Below, piece after piece: positions 39,289-48,801 of a DNA stretch of 64,000 nucleotides. Positions within the stretch are counted from its first letter, which is position 1; the number at the start of each line of letters is the position of its first letter. The stretch is from sequence record DRR723986_6897; one strand, 5' to 3'. The notes under the pieces are model-generated. The model saw only the letters and a program-made list of their open reading frames with translations. It searched no databases and had not been told where the DNA came from. A program made the position numbers and the translations under genes.

Positions 39289-40743
39289 ATGTCAGTTTTA
39301 AATCGTATTTTGGTGATCATTGGGTTGTGTTTGGGTTCGGCGGTGGTCACATCTGCCCAAGATAGCAAATTGGCAAGCCACCCGGATGTGGCGAGCAATA
39401 TTGCATTGCTGGAGGCGTGGATTGATGCGCGCATGGCCTACAGTGGCCAACCCGGCGTCAGCGTTGCCATTGTCCATGACCAGGAGCTGATCTATGCTAA
39501 AGGCTTTGGCTACGCCAACATTGCCGATGAAAAACCAATGGAAGCGGGGTCGATTTTCCGCATTGCATCGCACTCCAAGCTGTTCACATCCATTGCATTG
39601 ATGCGCTTGCAAGAAGCCGGAAAGCTTGATCTGGATGATCCGATTGTAAAACACCTACCGTGGTTTGATATCAAGGATAACCATGAAGGTGACCGGCCCA
39701 TCACCATTCGTCAATTGATCACTCACACGTCCGGCCTGTCGCGTGAAATTGGCTCTGCCTACTGGCAGAACTATGACTTCCCCACCATTGAGGATGTGAA
39801 AGAGCGTGTGTCTGACCTTGAGACAATTTTCCCAACCGAAAACCGCTGGAAATATTCCAACTTTGCGCTCACGCTTGCGGGTGAAATTGTTGCCGTTGTG
39901 TCTGGCCAGCCATTTGCGGACTATGTGCAAGAAAATATTATTGACGCACTCGACATGGAGCAAACCAGTGTGGTTTTCCCGGCCAATCATGAAGCAGATT
40001 TAGCAACAGGCTATGGCCGCCGCATGCCAGACGGCACACGCTCCGTCATGCCGTTTGTTGATGCGCGCGGTATGGCGGCGGCAACTGGTGTGTCCTCCAG
40101 TGTGACAGATATGGCCAAATTTATGGCGTGGCAGTTTCGCCTGCGCGCGAGCAACGACACAGAAATCTTAAATGCAAACACGCTGCGTGAGATGCAGCGT
40201 GTGCAGTGGGTTATGCCAGACTGGAACAGTGGCTGGGGCCTTGGTTTTGGTATCAATCGCTATAAGGGCCGAGAGCTGATCGGTCACGGCGGTGGGTATC
40301 CGGGCTATATTACCAACACGCGCATTGACGCTGAGGCAAAAGTGGGCGTTACCGTGTTTACCAACGCGCTGGGCGGCCCTGCATATGTTGTTATGTTGCG
40401 TGCTTTTGACTGGATTGCACCGGCGCTGGCCAAAGCGGCAAAAGGTGCTGAAGGCAAGGAGGGGGATCCCGCGTGGAAGGCTTATGCCGGAGTATACCGT
40501 TCCCCTTGGGGTGATAGCCTTGTTATGACCCTAGAGGGTAAACTGGTGGTCATGAGCCCAACGGCCTCTAACCCCAAAGAGGGGTTGATGACGCTTGAGC
40601 CGGCCGAGGACGGCACCTTTATTCTCACGGGCAAAAACGGCGGTCGTGCGGTGGGTGAGCAAGTCATGTTTGAGCTGGATGGTAATGGCATTGCACAGCG
40701 TATGCGTGTTGGCGTGAACTGGTCTGAAAGGGTTGAATATTAA
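39289..40743 (+). CDS. Exported serine hydrolase (beta-lactamase class C-like)
   Basis: IASHSK, LITHTSGL, YSN, HGGG. Confidence 0.92.
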   Translation: MSVLNRILVIIGLCLGSAVVTSAQDSKLASHPDVASNIALLEAWIDARMAYSGQPGVSVAIVHDQELIYAKGFGYANIADEKPMEAGSIFRIASHSKLFTSIALMRLQEAGKLDLDDPIVKHLPWFDIKDNHEGDRPITIRQLITHTSGLSREIGSAYWQNYDFPTIEDVKERVSDLETIFPTENRWKYSNFALTLAGEIVAVVSGQPFADYVQENIIDALDMEQTSVVFPANHEADLATGYGRRMPDGTRSVMPFVDARGMAAATGVSSSVTDMAKFMAWQFRLRASNDTEILNANTLREMQRVQWVMPDWNSGWGLGFGINRYKGRELIGHGGGYPGYITNTRIDAEAKVGVTVFTNALGGPAYVVMLRAFDWIAPALAKAAKGAEGKEGDPAWKAYAGVYRSPWGDSLVMTLEGKLVVMSPTASNPKEGLMTLEPAEDGTFILTGKNGGRAVGEQVMFELDGNGIAQRMRVGVNWSERVEY

Positions 40744-41790
40744 ATGAATATTTTCTGGAAACTGTTCGTGGCGGCGAGCATCATGCTTGCAGTGCCTGCC
40801 CACGCGCAAATGGATGTTGGCGGTGTGAAGGCGGTTCCCGGCGAGCGGGTTACCGGTTTTATTGAAATTGCTGGTGAAGCCGGTAGCGATGGCCGCATTC
40901 CGGTTTCTGTTATTCAAGGAGCTAGCCCCGGGCCAACATTGGCGTTGGTGGGCGGTACGCATGGCTACGAATATGCGCCGATTGTGGCCTTGCAGGAAAT
41001 TGCCAAAAAAATTGATCCAAGCCAGCTTTCTGGCACAGTTATCATTGTGCATGTGGCCAATATGCCGTCATTTCTTGGCCGCACGATTTATTACAGCCCT
41101 GCAGACGGCCAGAATTTGAACCGGGTTTATCCGGGCAAGACAGACGGCACCCTTAGCCAGCGCATTGCCTATGCCATCACCACCCAGGTTATCGAGCAAG
41201 CCGACTATCTGGTGGATATGCACAGCGGTGACGGCAACGAGGACTTGCGGCCCTATATTTACATGCCGGTAACAGGTGATGCAGAGATGGACGCTAAAAT
41301 TAAAGGCATGGCGCTTGCGTTCGGCCTAGACCATATCGTGATTGATCGGCGTGAAAATCTGCCCGCCGATGCGTCGCTTTTCACTGACATGACCGGGCTT
41401 ACACGCGGCATTCCGTCCATGACCACAGAGGCGGGCCGGGTGGGTACAACGGAGCCTGATCTGGTGCATAAAAACATTGAAGGCGCCATGAACCTGCTGC
41501 GGCACCTCAAGATGCTGCCGGGGCAGGAGAAACCACCACAGCCAACTGTGTGGCTGGGCGAGTTCAGCGTTATTCCAAGCCCGGCTGATGGTTTGTTTAT
41601 CGCTGTCGTTAAGGGCGGGCAAACTATTGCCAAAGGTGGTGTGCTTGGTCACTTAGTTGACTTTTTTGGTGAGCCGATTGAGACAATCCGCGCGCCTTAT
41701 GCTGGTATGATTAACTATGTGATCGCAACCCCGCCCATGCGCAAGGGTGAACCGGTTGCAATGGTCAGCAAAATTGTTGAAGAAGAATGA
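40744..41790 (+). CDS. Succinylglutamate desuccinylase/aspartoacylase (M14) family, exported
   Basis: GTHGYE, NLNRVYPG, DMHSG, TTEAG. Confidence 0.9.
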   Translation: MNIFWKLFVAASIMLAVPAHAQMDVGGVKAVPGERVTGFIEIAGEAGSDGRIPVSVIQGASPGPTLALVGGTHGYEYAPIVALQEIAKKIDPSQLSGTVIIVHVANMPSFLGRTIYYSPADGQNLNRVYPGKTDGTLSQRIAYAITTQVIEQADYLVDMHSGDGNEDLRPYIYMPVTGDAEMDAKIKGMALAFGLDHIVIDRRENLPADASLFTDMTGLTRGIPSMTTEAGRVGTTEPDLVHKNIEGAMNLLRHLKMLPGQEKPPQPTVWLGEFSVIPSPADGLFIAVVKGGQTIAKGGVLGHLVDFFGEPIETIRAPYAGMINYVIATPPMRKGEPVAMVSKIVEEE

Positions 41791-42665
41791 TGCGTGCGAC
41801 CTTACTAATTATGACAACGGTTCTTGCTCAAGCTGTTGTTGTTCAGGCTGTGATGGCGCAAGATGGTGTTGACCCCAGAAATGGCCTATGGCGCAACGAA
41901 TACTGCATTAACCCGCCCATACCGTATATCGTGCGGTTAAAACCTGAGCAGGGTGAAGCATCATTATTATTTGATGTTTCGGCAGACGGCATACCGGAAA
42001 ATATTCGGACAGTATCGGCGTCTTCCGCCAATGGAAACGATCGTTTTGCAAAGGCGTTTGCCAAAAGTGCGATGCAAACAGTGAAGCGCTGGAGGTATTT
42101 GGCATACTTTAATAACGGCGTTGAGGCGTCTCGGTCTGATGTTTCTTTGACATTCAATTTCGTAAACCATGGGACGGATGTAAGTGCTTTGTCCAACGAT
42201 GAAAAATGTTTGATCAGCATTTTGCCTGAGCCACCGTCAAGTGAGGGCGACCCGAAAAATCCGCTGGTTAACTTGGCCCGCTGTATGCCACCCTATATGC
42301 CAAATGCGGCACAAGAGAACAAAATATCATCTCGGGTTACAGTGCTGTTTGATGTGTCGCGAAAAGGCAAGTTAATCAATATATCGCTCGCGCCTGGTCA
42401 GGAAGAAGATACATTTTCTAAAGAAGCATTGCTGGCACTGAAACATTGGCGGTATGCCCCTTTTCTAAAGGCAGGTGAACCGATTGTGCGCAAAAATCTC
42501 TCGCTGGATATTACTTTTGGCAAAATGCCTGATGAGCAAGAGTTATCGTGTCATCATGCGCCGTTTGGCAGCAATCGAAAGATTGAGACTGTTGGGAAGG
42601 CTAAAAGGTGTGAAATAACCTATGAAGGCGGCGTTCCTGTGCCTAGTAAAGCATGTTATAAATAA
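41787..42665 (+). CDS. Protein with two TonB C-terminal domains
   Basis: Two repeats of P.Y..A..V.FDV..G..NI..F..A..WRY. Confidence 0.8.
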   Translation: MMRATLLIMTTVLAQAVVVQAVMAQDGVDPRNGLWRNEYCINPPIPYIVRLKPEQGEASLLFDVSADGIPENIRTVSASSANGNDRFAKAFAKSAMQTVKRWRYLAYFNNGVEASRSDVSLTFNFVNHGTDVSALSNDEKCLISILPEPPSSEGDPKNPLVNLARCMPPYMPNAAQENKISSRVTVLFDVSRKGKLINISLAPGQEEDTFSKEALLALKHWRYAPFLKAGEPIVRKNLSLDITFGKMPDEQELSCHHAPFGSNRKIETVGKAKRCEITYEGGVPVPSKACYK

Positions 42666-42706
42666 AGGCTAATTTTACTGGAAACGGTATGTGTGGGAGG
42701 CAGGTT

Positions 42707-43789
42707 ATGCGGTTTTTTAAAGTTATTACGATACTTTTGTTGGCGACATTAGCGCATAGGGTTGCCGCACAGCCAAGCCTGCCGCCAAAAGATGCGCTGA
42801 ATGCGCTTGATAAACAAGTTGAGGAGTTTTTGGCCACGCAAAATGTGCCCGGCGGTTTGGTTGCGCTGGTGTCAAAGGGCGAGGTTTTACATATCAAACC
42901 CTACGGTATGGCGAATGTTGAACTGTCGGTGCCGGTAACCGAGCAAACCGTTTTTGAGATTGGCTCTATCAGCAAGCAATTTGTTGCCGCTGCCGCGTTG
43001 CTTATGGTGGAAGAGGGCAAGCTTAACCTGGACGACCCAATCCACACTTATTTGCCCTATTTGCCCAGCGAGTGGGTGGGCGTGACCATGAGGCAATTGC
43101 TTAATCACACGTCGGGTATTCCTGATTATGAAGAAATTCGCAGTTATGACGCCTACCGGCACCGGATGACGCCCGAGGATGTTATCAAAATTGCGCAGTC
43201 CCGCCCAATTGACTTTGAGCCGGGCCAAGGCTGGTATTATAGCAATACCGGCTACTATCTGGCCAGCATGGTGCTGGAGCGCATCGATGGCCAGCCCTTG
43301 GGCAAGATACTTGAGGCACGGATATTTGGCCCGCTGGGCATGAGCCAAACCCGCCTTGCTGACCCAGAGGCGATCATCCCGCACCGTGCGTCGGGGTATT
43401 GGGTTAACAAAGTGAACACACTGATTAACCGGAACCCTACTGAAACCTCCTCTACACTGGGCGCGGGCGGCTTGCTGTCTAACGCAGGCGATTTGGCAAA
43501 ATGGGACGCCGCGCTGTACGGCGAGGAGTTCCTGTCAGCGGCGTCAAAAGCGGAAATGTGGACAGCGGCAGTTTTACCCAATGGCGAAAGCACAGGCTAT
43601 GCACTGGGTTGGGCTGTGTTGCCTTACGGCGACCGCACTCGACAATCTCACAGCGGCCAGGTGGCGGGCTTTACCGCCTTCTTCGATCGGCTCCCTGAAC
43701 AGGAAATGGCTGTGATAATATTTTTAAACCGTTACCGCATTAACGGTAATATCCGGGGGCCGGTGCTGCAGACTTTTGTGCCTGACTAA
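42707..43789 (+). CDS. Exported serine hydrolase (beta-lactamase family)
   Basis: IGSISKQF, LLNHTSGIP, YSNTGY, HSG. Confidence 0.92.
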   Translation: MRFFKVITILLLATLAHRVAAQPSLPPKDALNALDKQVEEFLATQNVPGGLVALVSKGEVLHIKPYGMANVELSVPVTEQTVFEIGSISKQFVAAAALLMVEEGKLNLDDPIHTYLPYLPSEWVGVTMRQLLNHTSGIPDYEEIRSYDAYRHRMTPEDVIKIAQSRPIDFEPGQGWYYSNTGYYLASMVLERIDGQPLGKILEARIFGPLGMSQTRLADPEAIIPHRASGYWVNKVNTLINRNPTETSSTLGAGGLLSNAGDLAKWDAALYGEEFLSAASKAEMWTAAVLPNGESTGYALGWAVLPYGDRTRQSHSGQVAGFTAFFDRLPEQEMAVIIFLNRYRINGNIRGPVLQTFVPD

Positions 43790-43805
43790 CCTGTTGATCA
43801 AGCCT

Positions 43806-44882
43806 CTAAAATGTGCCTGAATCGACGTCTTTTAGAAAGCGAATAAGGCCTTCGAAGAATATCTCTTCATCGTCATATTGCACCATGTGCGCACCGTTGG
43901 GGCACAGGTGGAACCTCCCGTTTTGAACTTGACCCGCCATCCATTCCATATGCGCTGGATCCATTGTGTCGTAAGTGGCACCAATCACCAGCGTTGGCAC
44001 GGTAATTTGGGGCAGATCCGCCATGCGGTCCCAATCTTCCAGAATGCCACTGGCCCCCAGTTCACTTGGGCCTTGCATCGGAATATAAACATCCGTGTTC
44101 AGGTGGCCAAAGCTGCGGTTCACCGCCTCGGGCCACTGGTCAGCAGGCATGCGCAGCACATGGTCCACATAATGATGTTCCATCAGCAGGTCAGCATAGC
44201 GCGGGTTGGCATAGTCTTTCGCGGCCTCGAACGCTTTCAGTTCCGCGAGCACAGCCGGGTCCATGTCTGCCATCAACACATTAGCGGCATAATCATTATA
44301 GGCCGGGATGCTGGCCATCATGTTGGATATGATCAGGCCTTTCAAATTCGCCTGATACTTCAAGGCATATTCAATGCCCAAAATCCCGCCCCAAGATTGC
44401 CCGAACAGATAAAAGTTGTCTGGCGTTAGGCCGAGCGCCACACGCACCTGTTCAACTTCCTCAACGAACCGGGCGGTTTGCCAAAGCTCTGGCTCATCAG
44501 GCTGGTCCGCAAAATAAGAGCCCAACTGATCATAGTAATAAAACTCGATGCCTTCTTCTGGGAAATGCTGTTCGAAAACCTCATAAATTTCATGGGTTGC
44601 GCCGGGGCCACCATGCAGCAACAGCACTTTAATGTTGGGGTTGTCGCCTACCTTTTTGGTCCAGACATTAAAGGTGCCTTTGGGCGTTTCAATAGCGATC
44701 AGGCGGCCTTCTCCAACCGCTGGTTGGTCTTTTTGGCTTGGCATGGTTTCAACTGCTACTGCCTCAGATGCTTGTTGCGCTGCGGTATCTGCCGCTGATT
44801 GGCTATCTGATGTCGTTTCGCTGTTGCTGCAAGCAGATAATAGCAAACCAGCCGCAATCCATGAAAGTATGTATGAACGCAT
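43806..44882 (-). CDS. Proline iminopeptidase-family lipoprotein
   Basis: Lipobox LSAC, LHGGPG, YDQLGS, GQSWGG. Confidence 0.9.
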   Translation of the reverse strand: MRSYILSWIAAGLLLSACSNSETTSDSQSAADTAAQQASEAVAVETMPSQKDQPAVGEGRLIAIETPKGTFNVWTKKVGDNPNIKVLLLHGGPGATHEIYEVFEQHFPEEGIEFYYYDQLGSYFADQPDEPELWQTARFVEEVEQVRVALGLTPDNFYLFGQSWGGILGIEYALKYQANLKGLIISNMMASIPAYNDYAANVLMADMDPAVLAELKAFEAAKDYANPRYADLLMEHHYVDHVLRMPADQWPEAVNRSFGHLNTDVYIPMQGPSELGASGILEDWDRMADLPQITVPTLVIGATYDTMDPAHMEWMAGQVQNGRFHLCPNGAHMVQYDDEEIFFEGLIRFLKDVDSGTF

Positions 44883-44953
44883 GATATACCCCTACCCAAG
44901 TTAAAACCTTACGCAGGCTACCATGGGTATTCTGAAAATCAACTGTGTGACTA

Positions 44954-47143
44954 TTAGAAGCCATATTTGGCGCAGGTTTCTGGCAGGGGCTTCCAAGCTT
45001 TATAGCCGGGTGTGCCGCAAGCTCGGCTTAGAAGTGTCGACCGCTCTTGGTCGCGGTAGGCGGCGATTTGGTCCACATACACAGCATATTCTGGGTCATC
45101 TGCCAGACCAAGGCCCATAAGCACTTCGTTGAGTCCACGCGCGTCAACGGTGCCTGATTGGGCGTAGCGCTTCAAATAGTCTTTGGCCGATTCCGGGTCG
45201 CCGTGCAAGGTTCTGGCAACGGCCGCCCCAATGAAAATGTTGCCCTCAACACCACGTTCAATGGATTGCATCAAGGTGGTTTCCAAGGGAGCAATACGTT
45301 TTAAAGCTGTTTCGATGTTGCCGGCACGCCATTCCATAACGGCGAGTAACCAGTTTGCGAAATGTAAATTGCGTTGGTCATCAGGTAGCCGTGCAAGAAG
45401 GCTTTCACCCATGCGCTTTGCTTTTTCAAAGTCTTGAATTTTCCAATATACGTTCATTAGGTTGAACGCTTTTTGTGTGTTGTTTGGGTCTTCTTCAAAG
45501 GCGTTTCGCGCAATCTCAAGTTTCTCTTGCGGCGAGGAAACGGCTAAAATGATCTGGTCTTTGGTCGCTTCATCTGGCCATGTGCGCAAAACCTCCTCTT
45601 GCAAGCCTAGGTCGGCAAAAGCATAGCTCACAGATGTATGAAGACGGAAGTATTGAGGGTGTTGGCCCATTGCTTTCAGCATAACGCCCACCCCGTCGGC
45701 CATACGCTTTTCAGCATAGAGCATGAAGCCTTCGCGCATGGCGGCGTTGGCAGGTTGAATTGTTTTGAAGCGTTCCAAAACAGGGCGGGCTTCATCATAC
45801 ATACGACGTGTTGTTAGCTCACTCAGGTAATTTGACAGTACAAGCGGTGCCAGGGGGTCAATCGCATAGGCATCTTTATAGGCCTGAAACTTATCTTCGG
45901 GCCGGTTAAGATCACCCAGGTTTTGGGCATACCAAACGCGTGCATCGGTGTTTGAAGGGTTAAGCGCAATTGCCCGTTCAAAATAGTCTGTAGCCTCACC
46001 ATATTTATTCTGAGCATTCAAAATCAGGCCCTGCACCGCCAGTGCTTCCGCGTTGTTTGGGTCTAGACTAAGGGCGCGCTCAATCGCCGGCTGCGCATCT
46101 TCCAATGCCTCTTTTAGGGGTTGAACACCGTATGAGCCCGGATTGTCAGACAGCAAATAGATTGCAAGGCCAACGCCGACATGGGCTGGTGCATAGTCGG
46201 GGTCCAGTGCTATTGCTTTTTTAAAATGCCCTAAGGCTGTTTCAATATCCCCGCGTGCGCGTTTGTGTATCGCATGCTGGCCTAAAAGATACTCAGTATA
46301 GGCTTCGGGGTTTGCCGTTTGCTTTACAGATGTTTGCGGCAGTACCGCTGCCCCGTCAATATTAAGGGACGCTTTCAGCGCCTCTACAATCGCTGCGGAA
46401 ATGTCGTCCTGAACTTGAAAGATATTGTCCAGTTCGCGGTCATAAGTTTCGGACCATAAGTGCTTGTCGCTTTCTGCCTCAATAAGCTGTGCTGTTATGC
46501 GCAGGGTTGTACCAGCCTTGCGCACGCTGCCTTCCAGCACGTGGGCAACACCCAGTTGGCTGGCCACTTCGGGAATGTTTACATCCTTGTTTTTAAAGGC
46601 GAACGCGCTGGACCGGCTGGTAACATGCAGGTCGGGAATTTTTGCCAGTACGTTCAAAATTTCTTCTGAAATACCGTCCGAGAAATATTCCTGATCACCT
46701 TCCGGTGACAGGTCAACAAATGGCAGCACCGCAATGGATGCAGCGCTTGCTTTAGCCTCAGCGGTGTTTGGCCCGGTTTCCGGCGGCAGCGTTCCCGGCG
46801 CTATATATGGCCGCGCAAACAATAGGACAACACCAACAACCAGCGCACCAAGGGTCACCACATCAAGGCGTTTTGCGGTGTGGTGCGTGACAGAAGTGTT
46901 TGTATCAACATCTTCGGTTTTTTTAAGGCCTTCCGGTGTTAACTCAAATGCCCACGAAAAAATAAGAGTAATGGGGAACCCTAGCGCCAGAAAAGCAAAA
47001 ACCACCGTGTCGAACCATGCGGGTAGGGCAAGGGTTTCCTCCAGCGTGCTGGACACTTCGATCGCCAGCCAGCTTATCACCACATAGCTGGCAGCAACCC
47101 GCAAGACGTTCCGGCGTTTTAGCTCTGTAAAAAGGTTAGCCAT
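44954..47143 (-). CDS. Membrane protein with TolB-N-like domain and TPR repeats
   Basis: ELKRRNV leader, three TMs, SIAVLPF..EYFSDG, LEGSVRKAG..RITAQLI, TPRs. Confidence 0.88.
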   Translation of the reverse strand: MANLFTELKRRNVLRVAASYVVISWLAIEVSSTLEETLALPAWFDTVVFAFLALGFPITLIFSWAFELTPEGLKKTEDVDTNTSVTHHTAKRLDVVTLGALVVGVVLLFARPYIAPGTLPPETGPNTAEAKASAASIAVLPFVDLSPEGDQEYFSDGISEEILNVLAKIPDLHVTSRSSAFAFKNKDVNIPEVASQLGVAHVLEGSVRKAGTTLRITAQLIEAESDKHLWSETYDRELDNIFQVQDDISAAIVEALKASLNIDGAAVLPQTSVKQTANPEAYTEYLLGQHAIHKRARGDIETALGHFKKAIALDPDYAPAHVGVGLAIYLLSDNPGSYGVQPLKEALEDAQPAIERALSLDPNNAEALAVQGLILNAQNKYGEATDYFERAIALNPSNTDARVWYAQNLGDLNRPEDKFQAYKDAYAIDPLAPLVLSNYLSELTTRRMYDEARPVLERFKTIQPANAAMREGFMLYAEKRMADGVGVMLKAMGQHPQYFRLHTSVSYAFADLGLQEEVLRTWPDEATKDQIILAVSSPQEKLEIARNAFEEDPNNTQKAFNLMNVYWKIQDFEKAKRMGESLLARLPDDQRNLHFANWLLAVMEWRAGNIETALKRIAPLETTLMQSIERGVEGNIFIGAAVARTLHGDPESAKDYLKRYAQSGTVDARGLNEVLMGLGLADDPEYAVYVDQIAAYRDQERSTLLSRACGTPGYKAWKPLPETCAKYGF

Positions 47144-47272
47144 AAATCCCCTCGGCCAGCATTGCCTGTTTTGCTTAATTAATTGAGCATAATATGGGTA
47201 AAAAGCTGTGAGAATACAAGCTTATACGCTTGAGCGCGCGTGTGTGGGCTAGTCGAAAATTGGTAGGCGTGA

Positions 47273-48070
47273 TTAAAAGGCAATATCCAGAATGCGGTGA
47301 TAGGCTGAGAAGCCCGCTTTCGTGATGGCTTTTTGTGCGGGTATATTGCTTTGCTCGGTTGAGCAAATTGGCTTCAAGCCCTGCGCGCGGCTTTCCTGGA
47401 TAAGCTGGTGGAGCATATTTGTGGCAATGCCTTTGCTACGGTGGTTGGTGCCAACAATCATGCCCACGTCGGCATAGCTAAACTGGGTATGGCTGGGGCG
47501 GCACTCTCCCGTGGCCATAAGGCTTTCGCCGCCGTATAGGCCGAATAACTCGCGGCGCTCAATCAGCCCACCGAAATAGCTTTTCAGCCAACCGGCATCG
47601 GCGCCGAGCGTAACGACAGCAAAATCAACCGCTGTCTGCAAGTCAGCGTCGCCCAATCCGCGAAACGCAGCACCATCCGGAAAGGTTGCTTCAGGGCAAG
47701 ATGTGCCGTCTGCCACATGATACATTATGGCATGATCGGCAACCGATGTTTTGTGGTCCATGCAATGGTTCATGAAAGTGGTTTCGGCGGTGGAGACAAT
47801 AGCGCCAGCAATGTTCAACTGGTCAACAGCTTGTTTGAAAGCGGCTGGCGCATCAACAGAGGTTGGGGCGAAAAATTGCAGTATTTTTTGCTCGCTATTT
47901 ACGGCGCAGTAGCCGACCAATGCGTTATCTTCCGTAATAGAATAATGATCAGCCATACCGGTGAAAGCTTCCCACATGCCGTCCAGCGGCGCATCAACAG
48001 ATGCGCGGTACTGGGCTTTCAGCTCGGCCAGCTTATCGGGGCTGGTAGGCTTAAACGTATAAATGCTCAT
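47273..48070 (-). CDS. GNAT family N-acetyltransferase
   Basis: C-terminal DVGMIV..HRSKGIAT, N..AQKAITKAGF. Confidence 0.85.
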   Translation of the reverse strand: MSIYTFKPTSPDKLAELKAQYRASVDAPLDGMWEAFTGMADHYSITEDNALVGYCAVNSEQKILQFFAPTSVDAPAAFKQAVDQLNIAGAIVSTAETTFMNHCMDHKTSVADHAIMYHVADGTSCPEATFPDGAAFRGLGDADLQTAVDFAVVTLGADAGWLKSYFGGLIERRELFGLYGGESLMATGECRPSHTQFSYADVGMIVGTNHRSKGIATNMLHQLIQESRAQGLKPICSTEQSNIPAQKAITKAGFSAYHRILDIAF

Positions 48071-48624
48071 CGTGGCAAATCCTTATAATTTTGATACAGC
48101 TGTATCAGCATGTCATCCAGCGGGTAGTCCTCAAAAACCGACAGGTAATGCAGGGTGATACCATCAAGTTCACTAATGAAACGGCGCGCTATGGGGCGAG
48201 GGGTTTTGGCGCCAGCTTTCCTGAACATATTTTCGGTCATTGCCAACAATTGCTCTGCACGCGCTTGCATAGGGCGTTGCACAAGGGCCGCGAGGTCTGG
48301 TTGAAACATCAAACTGAGCTGGAATGTCAGGAACTGTGTGTTGGTCTTCAGCGATTTACCGTATCGATCCAGAAAATCACGCAGCATTATTTGGTACCCT
48401 CCGCCCGTCGCCATTTCGCTGGCCACGGCCATCATTGTTTCGCTTGCCTGCTCAATGATGGCTAGCAGTAGCGCTTCTTTACTATCGAAATAGTTATAGG
48501 TCAGGCCTTTTGACACCTTTGCTACCGCCGCGATTTGGTTCACGGACGTGGCATGAAACCCTTGCTGTGCAAACAGAGTGAGCGCTGCCGTTAGGATTTT
48601 CTCTTTGCCGTCTTGGGGGCGCAT
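48067..48624 (-). CDS. TetR/AcrR family regulator
   Basis: ILTAALTLFAQQGFHATSV..IA..A.VSKGLTYNYFDSKE. Confidence 0.93.
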   Translation of the reverse strand: MRPQDGKEKILTAALTLFAQQGFHATSVNQIAAVAKVSKGLTYNYFDSKEALLLAIIEQASETMMAVASEMATGGGYQIMLRDFLDRYGKSLKTNTQFLTFQLSLMFQPDLAALVQRPMQARAEQLLAMTENMFRKAGAKTPRPIARRFISELDGITLHYLSVFEDYPLDDMLIQLYQNYKDLPR

Positions 48625-48663
48625 TTTTGCTTACCTTAGAGGTGGTATATAATTTAATTCTAA

Positions 48664-48716
48664 TAAATGACCGACCGGTCAGTCATTTAAATATGCTCTA
48701 TTGGCAATGATGTCAA
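48664..48716 (-). promoter_or_regulatory. Sigma70 promoter and palindromic TetR operator
   Basis: TTGACA-N17-TATTTA on the minus strand (48716-48688); 26-bp near-perfect palindrome TAAATGACCGACCGGTCAGTCATTTA at 48664-48689. Confidence 0.8.
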
Positions 48717-48801
48717 GAAAGTTTGGTGTCCATTGCCAATTTTAGGGAATGGCGATAGGCTGTTCACGTGATTGGCAGAAAGTTAAATTAGGGGGCTCAA
48801 A

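Noticed and set aside
40741-40746. In-frame TAA-ATG junction suggesting readthrough or a split gene
   Set aside because: The second ORF has its own signal peptide and a different fold; simple operon packing
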